Shown here: positions 52,510 to 64,000 of the stretch, piece by piece | Layout: each line of letters opens with the position of its first letter | Position numbering within the stretch: the first letter of the stretch is position 1 | From: Haliotis cracherodii | Taxonomy: Eukaryota | Reading direction: 5' to 3' | Length of the DNA stretch: 64,000 nt | Assembly (NCBI RefSeq): GCF_022045235.1 | Contig: NW_027266267.1 | Location: 29,512,001-29,576,000 of the forward strand | The notes under the pieces: generated by a model | What the model saw: only the letters and a program-made list of their open reading frames with translations | Told to the model about the DNA's origin: nothing | The model's database searches: none | Translations under genes and position numbers: made by a program

Positions 52510-52852
52510 CTGCCAATATAATTCACCAGTTTACCAACATAGCTTTCCTGAAGCCAAATAACAAGTCTAGTGTGTATTACTATCACAATCACTAATATCC
52601 ACAATGACTAATCAATTGATATCATTTTCAAAAGGGAGACAGAATGAATTTTTCTGCCAACTGATGACCTAATTCCTGGACATGATTCAGGCTGCCGAGT
52701 GTGAGGATGCCTGTACAGTCAGACTAAAAGTGGATAATTATTATCTTTATTTTCTATTTGATAAGGAAATATTGCCCATATACCTAATCCGTAACGGACA
52801 TGCTATGAATGTGAAGATGGTTATGGCTACTTCCCACTTAGAGCATTCAAAT

Positions 52853-53263
52853 CAGTCCCTGCTGTAATCTCCGATTCCATGGTCACAGAATATTTTGCAG
52901 AAATGCCTCCTGGGTGCAGAAATGTATCTTTCTTGCAGAAAATAACATTTTGCACAGAATTTGTAAAATACACTGCAGAAGTTTAACATGTGAGTCAAAA
53001 TGTGGTTTTAAACATGTACACAGATATTTAGTTTGTTTTGAAGTGAAGTTGACTTTTGTATTGTTGCTTACAGAAAGTGCATCTAGTGATCTCCAGATTT
53101 ACTGTCATAAGCTATTCTAGCCATGGTGAGCATATCTTTACACACCTACCACAGCTCAAACAGATGCACAACTACGAAAACTAACCTAAAAGAATTGTCT
53201 GCAGAATTTACAAAAGTTGATCGCAGAATTTTTATTTTTGACCGCAAAATACAGCGGGGAGTG
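52853..53263. mobile_element. MITE-like element, NCSTN intron 5
   Basis: Imperfect 14-bp TIRs CAGTCCCTGCTGTA / TACAGCGGGGAGTG, repeated GCAGAA subterminal motifs, second partial copy at 15640-15820; TSD not clean. Confidence 0.6.
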
Positions 53264-53280
53264 TCAACTAGTCCACTGAC

Positions 53281-53429
53281 CGTGCTGATGAGCTTGGTGA
53301 CATCGTCCTCGTTAGGCAGGGAGAACATGGGGATGCTGTAGTCCTTGAACATCATGCCAATGTCAGTCCCCCCTACGTTCCACTGCTGCTTCCTGCAGTT
53401 GCTGTAGTCCTTGTCCTTGTGGTACATGC
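53281..53429 (-). CDS. NCSTN: Nicastrin exon 5
   Basis: (G)MYHKDKDYSNCRKQQWNVGGTDIGMMFKDYSIPMFSLPNEDDVTKLIST|gtcagt. Confidence 0.94.
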
Positions 53430-53440
53430 CTGATAGGAAA

Positions 53441-53728
53441 CATTGTCATGGTGATCAGATACATCGTCATGGTGATCAGATACATCGTCATGGTGAACAG
53501 ATACATCGTCATGATGATCAGATACATCGTCATGGTGATCACATACATCGTCATGGTGAACAGATACATCATCATGGTGATCAGATACATCATCATGGTG
53601 AACAGATACATCGTCATGGTGAACAGATACATTGTCATGGTGAACAGATACATCGTCATAGTAAACAGATACATCGTCATGGTGATCAGATACATTGTCA
53701 TGGTGATCAGATACATCGTCATGGTGAA
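53441..53728. repeat. 21-bp minisatellite, NCSTN intron 4
   Basis: Unit CATCGTCATGGTGAWCAGATA. Confidence 0.97.
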
Positions 53729-54162
53729 CACAGATAGATTGTCAAGGTGAACACAGATACAGATCATGTTCAGAAATGCTGTTGGTATAGGAGTACATGA
53801 AGTGTGTCCCACCAACAGTGATAAATCATCTTCTAGAGTGCCCTTGCGCCATGTGTCTCAAACAACATCACCGTGGTAATGACTGAGTCAGTTGGGTGGA
53901 GTCCAACACCACCTGTATTTTAGTCATCTTATGGAGGAAACCCTGAGCTAAGCAGGTCTTTCGAAATGGGAGCTGACAACCAAAGAAACATGATCAGAGA
54001 AATTTTGGGGAATCAAACAAACGTTCCTCGGATTCTGACTCCAAAATGCGTACTGCTACATGACCTTCCAGCTCACACACAATAATGACTTGAAAGGAAC
54101 TGATCTGCAATCATTGTTTCTGGAGAACCAGTATGATGTCCTCTCCTATGCCAGTTACTCAC

Positions 54163-54296
54163 CATATGCATCATTCGGACATGACTTGTCCGCGGAGAAC
54201 TGGCCAGGAAATGGGGTCAAGGTCTGGTTCTCCAGCACGTTGATGACCAGTATCCCATTGACTCGCTGCGAGGCCACCAGTATGTCCAGGTAAGAG
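54163..54296 (-). CDS. NCSTN: Nicastrin exon 4
   Basis: SYLDILVASQRVNGILVIN...QFSADKSCPNDAY(G)|gtgagt. Confidence 0.93.
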
Positions 54297-54305
54297 CTGC
54301 AACAA

Positions 54306-55192
54306 GACATCTCACCCCCTTACACATGGTACAACACGACATCTCACCCACTTACACATGGTGCAACACGACATCTCACCCACTTACACATGGTGCAACA
54401 TCTCACCTACTTACACATGGTGCAACATGACATCTCACCCACTTACACATGGTGCAACATGACGTCTCACCCACTTACACATGGTGCAACACGACATCTC
54501 ACCCACTTACACATGGTGCAACACGACATCTCACCCACTTACACATGGTGCAACATGACATCTCACCCACTTACACATGGTGCAACACGACATCTCAACC
54601 ACTTACAAATGCTGCAACATGACATCTCACCCACTTACACATGGTGAAACATCTCATCCACTTACGCATGGTGCAACATCTCACCCACTTACACATGGTG
54701 CAACATCTCACCCACTTACACATGGTGCAACATGACATCTCACCCACTTACACATGTTGCAATACAACATCTCACCCACTTACACATGGTGCAACACGAC
54801 ATCTCACCCACTTACACATGGTGCAACACGACATCTCACCCACTTACACATGGTGCAACACGACATCTCACCCACTTATACATGGTGCAATACGACATCT
54901 CAACCACTTACACATGTTGCAACAGGACATCTCACCCACTTCCACATGGTGCAATATGACGTCTCACCCACTTACACATGTTGCAACAGGACATCTCACC
55001 CACTTCCACATGGTGCAATATGACGTCTCACCCACTTACACATGTTGCAACATGACATCTCACCCACTTACACATGGTGCAACACGACGTCTCACCCACT
55101 TACAAATGCTGCAACACCTCACCCACTTACACATGGTGCAACACGACATCTCACCCACTTACACATGGTGCAACATCTCACCCACTTACAAC
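54306..55192. repeat. 32-bp (27-bp variant) minisatellite, NCSTN intron 3
   Basis: Unit GACATCTCACCCACTTACACATGGTGCAACAC. Confidence 0.97.
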
Positions 55193-55539
55193 ACCTCCTA
55201 AAGGGCAAGAAAAGTGAAAAACATGATTCAAACCTGTCTTGACATCAGTGGCGCATTTTTTCATTTGGCTGACGATTGTCAAAATGTATCACCTTGAGAG
55301 TCCGGGTATTGTGCTAGTCATATAAGATCTGACCAAGATCATTTCATTTTTCAACATCTGTTTTACTCTATTTACATTTTTCAAATTTGAATCTATGTCA
55401 AGCCTTTGTGATTAAGCATGCTCTAAATATTTAAATAGCAAAACTTCTATGTTCAGTCTACTTGCCCTTTATAGCCATGAGAAGCTTTATCTAGTGTAAA
55501 CGACATCTGAAAGCAGTTGGCGTGAGGACTACTGCATAC

Positions 55540-55663
55540 CTGTTAAACTCGAGAGAGTTCATCAAGACGACGTAGGGAGGGTTGGGGCCATCCTTCAGTA
55601 TCCAGCTGTAGTCGTCCTGTGTCTCCAGGTAGTGCAGGACGCCCACATTGCCCTCGGAGGAGG
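55540..55663 (-). CDS. NCSTN: Nicastrin exon 3
   Basis: (S)SSEGNVGVLHYLETQDDYSWILKDGPNPPYVVLMNSLEFN|gtatgc. Confidence 0.94.
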
Positions 55664-56270
55664 CTGTAACAGTGGGCAGGGACACTTCACAGTTCAAGGG
55701 CGAGTCAAGTCGGTCATAGTTGGAATAGGTTCTACGAAAATTGCTTTGAGATATGGTGTGACACAGTGTGGACACATTATCGAATAAAGCTTAACACGCC
55801 AGCCTTCGAAATGAACTCTGAAATAGTGCTGATGACAATGCTGGTAGACCTCATTGACTAGTAGCATTAGAGGGCTATGCTGATGAACCAGTTCTCAGTG
55901 ATTCTTTTTCTCAACAAATTGGAACTGAAAAGATGGACAGAACTTGTAAACATGGTAAATATTATATTCTTGTTAAAGCAGGTGAAGTAAGGTTTACACA
56001 AGTCCTCTGAGCTCGTCTCCTAACCCATATAAATAAACATAAGACTAAGGGAATGCAGTATTACCGGTATATCGGTAATTGAGGTTCATTCTTTCCATGA
56101 TACGTACCACAATATCCCTTTTAATGCTCGGTATTTCGGGTGATTTCAAGAAGCAATTTTTTCCTGTGTTTAATCTTGTACACTTGCCAAATACCTCTGA
56201 CATGTTTCCATAACTCCAAAATGCAAGGACATGAAGATTACCTCCCTTATATGCATTTGCATCATTTCGT

Positions 56271-56508
56271 TTTGTTTGTTGTTTAATGCCGCACTCTGCA
56301 ATATTCCAGCTATATGACGGCGGTCTGTAAATAATCAAGTGATTGACATCATGAGCATCAATCATGAAATTGGGACAAGATGACATGCATCAACCAAGTC
56401 AGCTAGACCACCCGATCCCATTAGTCGCCTCTTACAACAAGCATAGTCACCATTTACGGCAAGCATGGGTTGGTGAAGACCTATTCTACTCCTGATGTTC
56501 ACGGGTCA
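56271..56508 (-). mobile_element. Retroposon family A, full-length copy with TSD
   Basis: Perfect 11-bp TSD CATCATTTCGT at 56260-56270 and 56509-56519; (AAAC)n tail. Confidence 0.9.
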
Positions 56509-57679
56509 CATCATTTCGTACACTTACATCAACAACACCTGTGGCACATGGTTCTCCGGCTCCACATGCTGTCATCAAAGCACAATGGAGAGGTAGCTTT
56601 ATAGTCACTTGGATGTAGAAAGACATATTGTCATGCACCCCACTCTCACAGTAAGATAGCTATATAATTACGCAAAACAATAAGATAACACAGTGAAAGG
56701 CTTGCATTGCCCAGTCTGCTCTGATTTCAGAATCAGTCTGTTTATTTACAAACGAGAAAAGTCCAGTCACGTGATAGGAGGATTAGTCCATTGTAATGCC
56801 ATGTCATCACTGTCCAGGAGGGTGCTTCTGTGCCTACTTATTGAGTGAGTAAACATGGTGTACATGCCTCTTGTTTGGTTCAATCTATTAACTTCAATTC
56901 ATCATGTTCATACACTGATGTTTCAAATTGCTCCCGAGTTCAATATTTCGAGTTATACAATATATTTTGATACATATCGCAGCACGGCCTTGTGCATCAT
57001 AAAATATTTCGATACACTTTAAACCTCCAACACACATCCCTAATTTGATTTGAATGAACAGCCAGAAATGTGGGTTCAATTCACCTGCCATTTTACATTT
57101 GTATCTAAGACACTTATCATGCTGAAACAAAATGAGTAAAATCTGAACATTTTTTACATTTGTATACTTTACCCTGCATGTGATATCATTCAGGGTCTCA
57201 AGTAACCTTATAACTAATTCTACCTGGGTTCTAGGGTTGTCATGATACCCCTAACTTAAACATCCTCTGAGAATGTATAGCAGAGATACAAAGCCTGAAG
57301 GCTTGGAGTAATCAGTGGGGTAAAATAGTGTATTTTCATGTGTAATGTAATGTTCAGAGTACCATGGCATGATGCTGGTTTTTGCTTTGATGTTTGTGAG
57401 AGGCCCATATGTACATGAAGCATGGGTGCACATGCATTGATGGTAGTAATGTAGGGCGATAAAGCTCAAAATAAGCAAAACAAAACTGCTTGTCTTTGTA
57501 TGGCCAAATATGACTAAACCTCGAAATTGAATATCATTAAAAATGTGAAAAAAGGACATCAACATTGCAAATATAAACATGTGGTCAATGTTCCACACAT
57601 TCAAAAAATTCATCATGTGACAATATTAACTCTATTGCAGAAAGGCAATGTGGTGTGGTGTACACAGGGTTTGACTTGT

Positions 57680-57737
57680 CACTTAACTGATGGCAGTGGA
57701 CTTAACTGATGGCTGTGGACTTAACTGATGGCTGTGA
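57680..57737. repeat. 19-bp tandem repeat, ~3 copies
   Basis: ACTTAACTGATGGCTGTGG. Confidence 0.9.
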
Positions 57738-58749
57738 ACTTAACTGATGGCTGTGGCTAGCCAAATTTATGAAAGGCTTGTTCAAACATAAAATAGATGG
57801 CCTGTCTGGCTAGTCAAAATTTCACCCCTTCTCCCTGAATGTATAATTTTTTTATTTGGTCACTGCTCGTGAATCAAGTCATATCTTGCAAAAATATTTA
57901 GGGGGGTGAAGTCGTGTGAATGGTTAACTCAACACCATCTCGGTAGATGGCCAATCCTGTAGTGTTTCGTACAACATCTTTATTTGTTCATAAAATCGCC
58001 ACGAAATGGGGCAAATGGAAGTCAAGATATAATCTCAGAGAGCAGGAAATGACGTTTTAGAGGTGAGGAGTTCTAAAATTTTCGGAGCCCCCTGGGCATG
58101 CTGAGTAACTCAGTTGAGGCCTCCAACATTTAGTTTTTTGCCAGTTAACTTTTGAAAGTAGCAAGGCCAGCTGGCTTCATTCGAATCTGTTGTTAAATCT
58201 GCCCCTGTGTAGATGCAATCTCTCCCTGCAGAATGCTTCACATGATCAGTGCATTAACAATTTGCTCTTCATGATATTTTATACATTTAAATAATTTGTG
58301 AAAAAATGTCAAAGTCATAATTTGGGGATGATAAGCATAATGGCGTAATTTTAGGCCAAAAAACGTAATTATTAAGTCAAGAGCGTAATGGTTGGCATCT
58401 CTGTCTATACACATTACCATACTTGTGTCACGATACAATATGTAAAACAATACTTAATTCACAGATTTTTTGTGTGAAATTCTCCATGTTCCATGAGGCC
58501 CGAGACTATCAACTATTTTGTGTTTAAAACTCATCATGTCCCATGACACTTTATGGTGTTATGTTCCAAGACAGGTGGTGAGGTAACCAGTTACTACAAA
58601 GCTTCATAAATGTTACTTTTTGAAACTTACATTGATACAGAATTAAAAAAAGAATTGATACACGGACAGGTGTATTGTGTTGTAGGTGTATACGATGTAC
58701 TCAAACACTACCTAATGACAGAACCATGGCATTCCCACAGCATACGTAC

Positions 58750-58845
58750 ATGTACACCCAATCTGGTGGGTGGCGTTCAGAGACCGGAAACAAGCATTTT
58801 GAGTCTGAAGGTCAATATAAATCTTCTCCTTTGTTCTCTTTGCAT
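58750..58845 (-). CDS. NCSTN: Nicastrin exon 2
   Basis: (D)AKRTKEKIYIDLQTQNACFRSLNATHQIGCT|gtacgt. Confidence 0.95.
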
Positions 58846-59208
58846 CTGAAACAAAACTCAAGTATTATGTACAATGGTGTATGTCCAACTAGTCTTCAGC
58901 AAAAACAGAGAAGGATAAGGAACCTTAAAAAGTGTTTTACATGTTCGTTACCTGTGATGCTAATCACAAGGTAGGAGAGCACTCATTATGTGTTAAAGCT
59001 TCTGCAGTCCCATGGAAAAGTGTTGGCTTACTGCCAGTTTCTCAGGCTCAGTAACTCGTTAGCCTTCAGTCTTCATTGTATCTTCAATCTGACAAAGCAG
59101 GTACGATCCTACACTACCCCAATGGTTGGAATATTGGAATCTGGAAAAGTGTGCCCTGTAAAGTGCAGTACTCCCTATATGTCTTATAGCAGTCTTTAAT
59201 GGGGAGTT

Positions 59209-59434
59209 GCGTCCCTTGGGCACGCCAGAAACCTATGATTGTGGGTTCAAATCCCGGTTCGGCCCAATTATGTTTCTAGGTCTGTGACCATCATACCCGT
59301 GCTCGTGGGTTTCACCGAAGTGGTAAACGTCTGAGACCTGAAACACTTCGGGCTTTCCTCCCACATTAAGCTGACATGCCGCGATATAACTGGAATAATG
59401 TTAAAAGCGGCGTTAAACCCAACTCACTCACTCA
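59209..59434 (+). mobile_element. 5'-truncated tRNA-headed SINE with 15-bp TSD, NCSTN intron 1
   Basis: TSD CTTTAATGGGGAGTT at 59194-59208 and 59435-59449; body matches 14439-14718. Confidence 0.92.
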
Positions 59435-60145
59435 CTTTAATGGGGAGTTCTGCACTTTATGGGGTGCAGTAAATGGATATCAATTAGCACCACACAGAGG
59501 ATCAAGCTCATGTTGCCGTTTGAAGCTGAGCTGTGATAATGAGTTGGTGTAATAAGTTAAGACTTATCGGGGGGCCACAGGTGCTTGAACAAAAATTAGT
59601 GCTTGTTAGCAAGTGATCAGCAGCCGATTGTTTACCTCGATGTGCATGCCCAGTAGCCAGATTCCTTTGTGAAACTGGATAAAAAAAATACCTCAAAAGG
59701 ACACCAATCCTTATGATCGGAAAGAAGATCCAATTTTAGAGTTGGGGGTAATCTACACTAACCCTAAGGATCGAAATGGCAAGCGAGATCAGTGACTAGT
59801 CTAGTCAGTAGTCGCGTGACTGTCGTCTGTCGCATGATCTGGACCGATCTTGTCTTCATGATTTCGAGGTTTGTTTATTAATTAGATCTCAAGTTTTGAA
59901 TCTAAACCTTCAAATAAATGGACCGCTAAATGGACAATATATTCTACTGCATATCCATACTGAAATTTCTACACCTATTCACTGACGTTATTTCCTAGGC
60001 CATGCCCATAAACTGAGTCATGGATACTTTTGTCTAATCAATAAAACAAAATGCGCTTTTGAAAGAGCGGTTGGGCTTAAGGAAGTCACATCTTATTCGA
60101 ATACATGTCTTAACGATCAAGCATTTTTTCCGATGAATTACATAC

Positions 60146-60224
60146 CTGTGTAACTCGGTAATAGCGCCAACACCAAAATATATTCAACAGAAAGTATTAT
60201 CCACTTCCTTGCCAAGTTCGCCAT
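60146..60224 (-). CDS. NCSTN: Nicastrin exon 1 (signal peptide)
   Basis: atcATGGCG start, MANLARKWIILSVEYILVLALLPSYT|gtatgt; phase 1 matches exon 2; CpG-rich context with an ACTTCCGG ETS-like motif at ~60233. Confidence 0.88.
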
Positions 60225-61767
60225 GATTCTGTACTTCCGGCTTTCTTCAGGGGAAGTAACTCTATTTGCCAGCGATAGAAAGTGTGATAATCAGAACGTG
60301 AGACAAATTTGGAAAGAGTTCGAATCCGAAATAAAATGTGATTATGGTCAAACCTTTTCTCTTCTAAGTCCAGTTCAAATATTTAAAATAAAGCCGAACT
60401 TGTCAAGAAACGCTACTAAAATTGACCTAGTTAGACGTTTATATGCAGGGCGTCTGAAACAGGAGGAGGTAAACACGGGAGAATCGGGAAGCTTCCTCAA
60501 CAATATCTGATTGTTTTTTAATATCCCGTCACGAAACACAGGATCTTGATCAGGTTTTTGTCAAATTTTAATCGAGAATGGTCCTATCAAGGACGGCAGT
60601 AAAATTCCTCAATGTTTGACTGAGCCCTTAGGTGAGAGAAGGATAGGGCTGGAACGCGGGCGGTGGGCAGGTGTGGGTTCAGTGTTGTTTATTCAGGCAT
60701 CTATCATGCCAACCTAGCTGCCACGTGTTTTGTTCACTTCTTGATCTGTGTTTAGCGTGCACCTCCCACGCCCCTTTTTGAAAATTTCGGCCTCAGCCCC
60801 TTACATGTGTACATGTGAAGGGCGTGGCTTTAATTTGTTTTCTGACTATATGTATACGAGTGTGTTCAAGCCATTGTTAGTTCAGCTGAAATCCCTCTGA
60901 TACCCGAATTCGGTATGTAAGCGTGGCAAGTGTCTATAGTTTATACGTATGGTGTCACACTGGTATCGCCGATATGCAGTCCCCAAAATTGTTACTGTTA
61001 GTATATGCGTTTGTTGCTTAACATCGCACTTAGCAATTTTCTATATAAACTATATGTTGGCAGTCTGTAAGTAATCAAGTCTGGACCACACAGTCCGGCG
61101 CTTGCCTGGAGTTTTAAATACATGTAGTATCGATACTTACTATACATTAACATCAGACCTAAGCGTTGCTCTTTAGTTTGCCACATTCCATGCTAGGAAC
61201 AATTGTCACATAACAATATCTCATTACATCTTCAGGAAGAAAATCTAACATGTTTAAAACGGAAAAAAACCAAAAACTTTATTACATATTCATCATTGCC
61301 GAGAAATTGGGCGTATTGTACATTGTGTGTAAAGGGTCAAACAAGGGCCATAACTCTGTAAAATGTAAATTTTCGACGAACCTGCATGGATATCCCTTGA
61401 CAACGTACATGCAAAATGGCATACTTGTAGCCTTTGTGGTTTCCGATAAAACTTGCCCCATTAAAGTCGGACCCAAACCGTAACTGAATATCAATGTGTG
61501 GTTTCACCAGTTCTTTAGCCACAAGTTGAAGTAAACTAAATGGAATTGACAATTAAGTTGCACGAGAAGCGAATGTAAAATCCCTACGCTCTCCAACCAT
61601 CTCTGGCACACACAGCGGGTGACAAGAGAACAAATGGAATCAATGCTTGTCAAATCATGTACGTTTATACTTTAATTGTTAATTGATGCCATGAACCATA
61701 GCCAAATTCAAAGAATAGGTCAGCAAATTAGATTGTTTCCATATACAATCTAATGTAGCCATGAGCT

Positions 61768-64000
61768 CATACTGCATAGAATACACAAATATGTAATAGC
61801 ATACTGCATAGAATACACATATATGTAATAACATACTGCATAGAATACACATATATGTAAATAGCATACTGCATAGAATACACATATATATAATAGCATA
61901 TTACAAAGAATACACATATATGTAATAGCATACTGCATAGAATACACATATATGTAATAGCATACTGCATAGAATACACATATATATAATAGCATACTGC
62001 ATAGAATACACATATATATAATAGCATACTACATAGAATACACAAATATATAATCGCATACTACATAGAATACACATATATATAATAGAATACTGCATAG
62101 AATACACATATATGTAATAGCATACTGCATAGAACACACATATATATAATAGCATACTGCATAGACTACACAAATATATAATAGCATACTACATAGAATA
62201 CACATATATGTAATAGCATACTGCATAGAATACAAATATATGTAATAGCATACTGCATAGAATACACAAATATATAATAGCATACTACATAGAATACACA
62301 TATATATAATAGCATTCTGCATAGAATACACATATATGTAATAGCATACTGCATAGAATACACATATATGTAATAGCATACTGCATAGAATACACATATA
62401 TATAATAGCATACTACAAAGAATACACATATATGTAATAGCATACTGCATAGAATACACATAAATGTAATAGCATACTGCATAGAATGCACAAATATATA
62501 TTAGCATACTACATAGAATACACATATATATAATAGCATACTGCATAGAATACAAATATATGTAATCGCATACTGCATAGAATACATAGATATATAATAG
62601 CATACTGCATAGAATACAAAAATATTTAATAGCATACTGCATAGAATACACACATATATAATAGCATACTACACAGAATACACAAATTTATAATAGCATA
62701 CTGCATAGACTACACAAATATATAATAGCATACTACATAGAATACACATATATGTAATAGCATACTGCATAGAATACAAATATATGTAATAGCATACTGC
62801 ATAGAATACACAAATATATAATAGCATACTACATAGAATACACATATATATATTAGCATTCTGCATAGAATACACATATATGTAATAGCATACTGCATAG
62901 AATACACATATATGTAATAGCATACTGCATAGAATACACATATATATAATAGCATACTACAAAGAATACACATATATGTAATAGCATACTGCATAGAATA
63001 CACATAAATGTAATAGCATACTGCATAGAATACACAAATATATATTAGCATACTACATAGAATACACATATATATAATAGCATACTGCATAGAATACAAA
63101 TATATGTAATCGCATACTGCATAGAATACATAGATATATAATAGCATACTGCATAGAATACAAAAATATTTAATAGCATACTGCATAGAATACACACATA
63201 TATAATAGCATACTACACAGAATACACAAATTTATAATAGCATACTACATAGAATACACAAAAACGTAATGGCATACTACACAGAATACACAAATATATA
63301 ATAGCTTATTACATAAAATACACAAAATATATAATAGCATACAGCATAGAATACACAAATATACAAATATGCAATAGCATACTGCATAGAATACACAAAT
63401 TTATAATAGCATACTGCATAGAATACACAAATATGAAATAGCATTCTGCATAGAATACACAAATATATAATAGCATACAGCATAGAATACACATATATAT
63501 TATAGCATACTACAAAAAATACACAAATATATAATAGCATACTACATAGAATACACATATATGTAATAGCATACTGCATAGAATACACATAAATGTAATA
63601 GCATACTGCATAGAATACACAAATATATATTAGCATACTACATAGAATACACATATATATAATAGCATACTGCATAGAATACAAATATATGTAATAGCAT
63701 ACTGCATAGAATACATAGATATTTAATAGCATACTGCATAGAATTCACACATATATAATAGCATACTACACAGAATAAACAAATTTATAATAGCATACTA
63801 CATAGAATACACAAATACGTAATGGCATACTACACAGAATACACAAATATATAATAGCTTACTACATAGAATACACACATATATAATAGCATACTGCATA
63901 GAATACACAAATATACAAATATGCAATAGCATACTGCATAGAATAGACAAATTTATAATAGCATACTGCATAGAATACACAAATATGAAATAGCATTCTG
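61768..64000. repeat. 32-bp AT-rich minisatellite upstream of NCSTN, runs off the window
   Basis: Unit ATAGCATACTGCATAGAATACACATATATGTA. Confidence 0.98.

Larger units (their letters stand above)
28077..60224 (-). other. NCSTN: Nicastrin gene span (gamma-secretase subunit), 15 coding exons, 2166 nt CDS = 721 aa
   Basis: All 14 introns are GT-AG and all phases are compatible. Signal peptide, LNATHQIGC, GESFDYIGSSRMVYDM, PLPPAS, YSTWTESVW and a single C-terminal TM are present. Confidence 0.97.

Noticed and set aside
30912-55242. Numerous repetitive ORFs (KAAALCQ.., MDLCFT.., YPPLCGHM.., HRHGEQI.. etc.)
   Set aside because: Translations of intronic minisatellites, open on both strands or several frames and broken by unit indels. 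Only the C-terminal part of ORF 49792-51207 is real (NCSTN exon 8).
60223-61500. Divergent COPA gene as in vertebrates; ORF 60223-60510
   Set aside because: No MLTKFETKS-like start found upstream of NCSTN; the ORF has no recognisable homology and overlaps the promoter.
61679-63980. Cys/Tyr-rich hydrophobic ORFs
   Set aside because: Artefacts of the 32-bp AT-rich array.

Overview
Eukaryotic (animal) genomic DNA with spliceosomal introns. The SINE and satellite style suggests a gastropod mollusc such as abalone; this is inference only. Three protein-coding genes could be assembled by hand, and the ORF track largely misses them. (1) The 5' part of SDHC (complex II cytochrome b560; minus strand; three exons at 5946-3512) has a GC-AG third intron that runs out of the window. 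(2) A complete CKS1/CKS2-family gene (plus strand, three coding exons, 10336-16194) encodes 83 aa. (3) A complete nicastrin gene (NCSTN; minus strand, 15 coding exons, 60224-28077) encodes 721 aa with the DYIGS motif and a C-terminal TM helix. Roughly 40% of the window is minisatellite, in about 18 arrays with mostly unrelated units. Most sit in nicastrin introns, several abutting or incorporating splice sites, and they explain nearly all the long ORFs in the track. Also present: three SINE-like families sharing one 3' tail, a Helentron/HINE-like element carrying a 162-bp tandem array, a hAT transposase relic and a MITE. The strongest leads are a 62-bp array that multiplies a nicastrin splice donor into potential in-frame DPTQ micro-exons, a TSD-bounded retroposon with a precise, structured, non-tRNA 5' end, and linkage of three genes whose human orthologues all lie on 1q21-q23.
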